A stretch of 64,000 bases of DNA, taken from NCBI RefSeq assembly GCF_044704955.1, contig NC_091999.1, forward strand, positions 11,036,001 through 11,100,000. Reading direction: 5' to 3'. This document shows positions 62,829 through 64,000 of this stretch, in pieces. This DNA comes from Pristiophorus japonicus. Lineage: Eukaryota. Position 1 is the stretch's first letter; each line of letters starts with the position of its first letter. The translations under genes were made by a program, and so were the position numbers. The notes beneath the pieces are model-generated. The model saw nothing but the letters and a program-made list of their open reading frames with translations. It had not been told where the DNA came from and did not search any database.

Positions 62829-63305
62829 TTGTTTTGTACGGGGTTACTGCATCCGTGTAACAGTGTGGGGCGCAGCGCAGATTTATATACGGCGGAGTCA
62901 GAGACTAAAGCCCCGGAGACATTAAATGAAACCGATTTCTTGTCTTAGTCCTAATCATCAGAGATCCAGTCTGGGAGATTTCGAGAATGATCCCGCTGCC
63001 GCTTGCCGTGTCTCTTCAGTAAATATCTCGGAGTTTTCCCGGGATGATGGATATACCAGAAGAGGTAAGTATAGGATTGGGATGTGGAGTAGCTGCAGAA
63101 GAGTATTATGGTCTGTCCTTCCTGAACCGTTAATTCTGACGGATCCTGGGACACTGAATCTTCGCCATTCGTTCCAGTTACAACATGCAGAATGCGTCCA
63201 AAGTCTGGAAGTGAATTTGAACCATGAAAGACACAGTGATCAGTTAATCACAGACTCACCAGGCAGTACGATCATTATTATCAATAAGGAACATGGGGAG
63301 TACAT
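62829..63305 (-). pseudogene. TCR alpha/delta V pseudogene with 23-RSS
   Basis: Leader MYSPCSLLIIMIVLP + GTGAGT (63305-63260); acceptor AG mutated to TG; EDSVSQDPSELTVQEGQTIILFCSY..LFWYIHHPG..DD*D*..SDSAVYKSALR (second Cys lost); CACACTG-23-ACAAAACAA. Confidence 0.88.
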
Positions 63306-63574
63306 CGTGTCTGGTTTAGATTCCGACAAAAAATAACAGAATGTTCTAAACATGTGCGATATTAAAGATTAAACCCAAATCAGGGCTGGCTCCACTTATT
63401 GACAAACTGAGGGGTGTTTCCCAGGGAAAGGTTTGGCTGGTCTCTCATAACTGTATTCAGCTTTGCACCAATGAGTGTTAGTTGAGCTCAATTGCTGCAT
63501 GATCTCCGTCCCCACGCGGTTCTCGGTCTCCTTCTCTCTGTCTTTTACATGCGTTCTATCTCTGCGGCGCTGTC

Positions 63575-64000
63575 ATTAAGGTGCAAGAGTCAAGGATGTC
63601 TCGGAGTGGCTGCAGCGCATTCTGAAGGGGAGCGTGAAGAGTCAGCTGTCGTGGTGCATATAGGTACCAACCAAATAGGTAAAAAACGGGATGAGGTACT
63701 ACAAGCGGAATTTAGAGAGCTAGGAGGTAAATTTAAAAGTCGGACCTCAAAGGTAGAAATATCAGGATCGCTGCCAGTGCCATGTGCTAGTCAGAGTAGA
63801 AATAGCAGGATAGCTCAGATGAAAACGTGGCTTGAGGATTGGTGCAACGGGGAGGGATTCAAATTACTGGGACATTGGAACCAGTTCTGGGGGAGGTGGA
63901 ACCAGTACAAACCGTAATGTCTGCACCTGGGCAGGACCGGAAACGATGTCCTCGGCGGAATGTTTGCTCGTCCTGTTGGGGTGGGGGGGGCGGTTAAACC
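63575..64000 (+). mobile_element. CR1 ORF1 (esterase-like) fragment
   Basis: VVVHIGTNQIG..SKVEISG..WLEDWCNGEGFKLLGHW. Confidence 0.85.

Overview
Eukaryotic (cartilaginous fish, shark-like) genomic DNA from what appears to be the T-cell receptor alpha/delta V region. Most of the window is retroelement sequence: CR1, L2 and RTE LINEs, DeuSINEs and LTR remnants. The key content is a complete, apparently intact NAR-TCR cassette on the + strand. It has a leader plus IgNAR-like V (8371-8847, 22-bp-spacer RSS), one D flanked by 12/12 RSSs (9228-9240), a J with a 23-RSS (9622-9684), and a leaderless 'supporting' TCR-delta V (16049-16354) that the J can splice to in frame. Directly behind the supporting V its 23-RSS has been amplified into a ~62-bp tandem array of about 12 RSS-like units, one a perfect consensus 23-RSS with no coding segment attached (16540-16578). 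This is the most unusual signal seen. The window also holds one intact conventional TCR V (61240-62143, -), six V pseudogenes in both orientations, nested LINE stacks and an internally deleted env-bearing LTR/ERV-like remnant. Repeat boundaries are approximate and were read by eye. No database searches were run.
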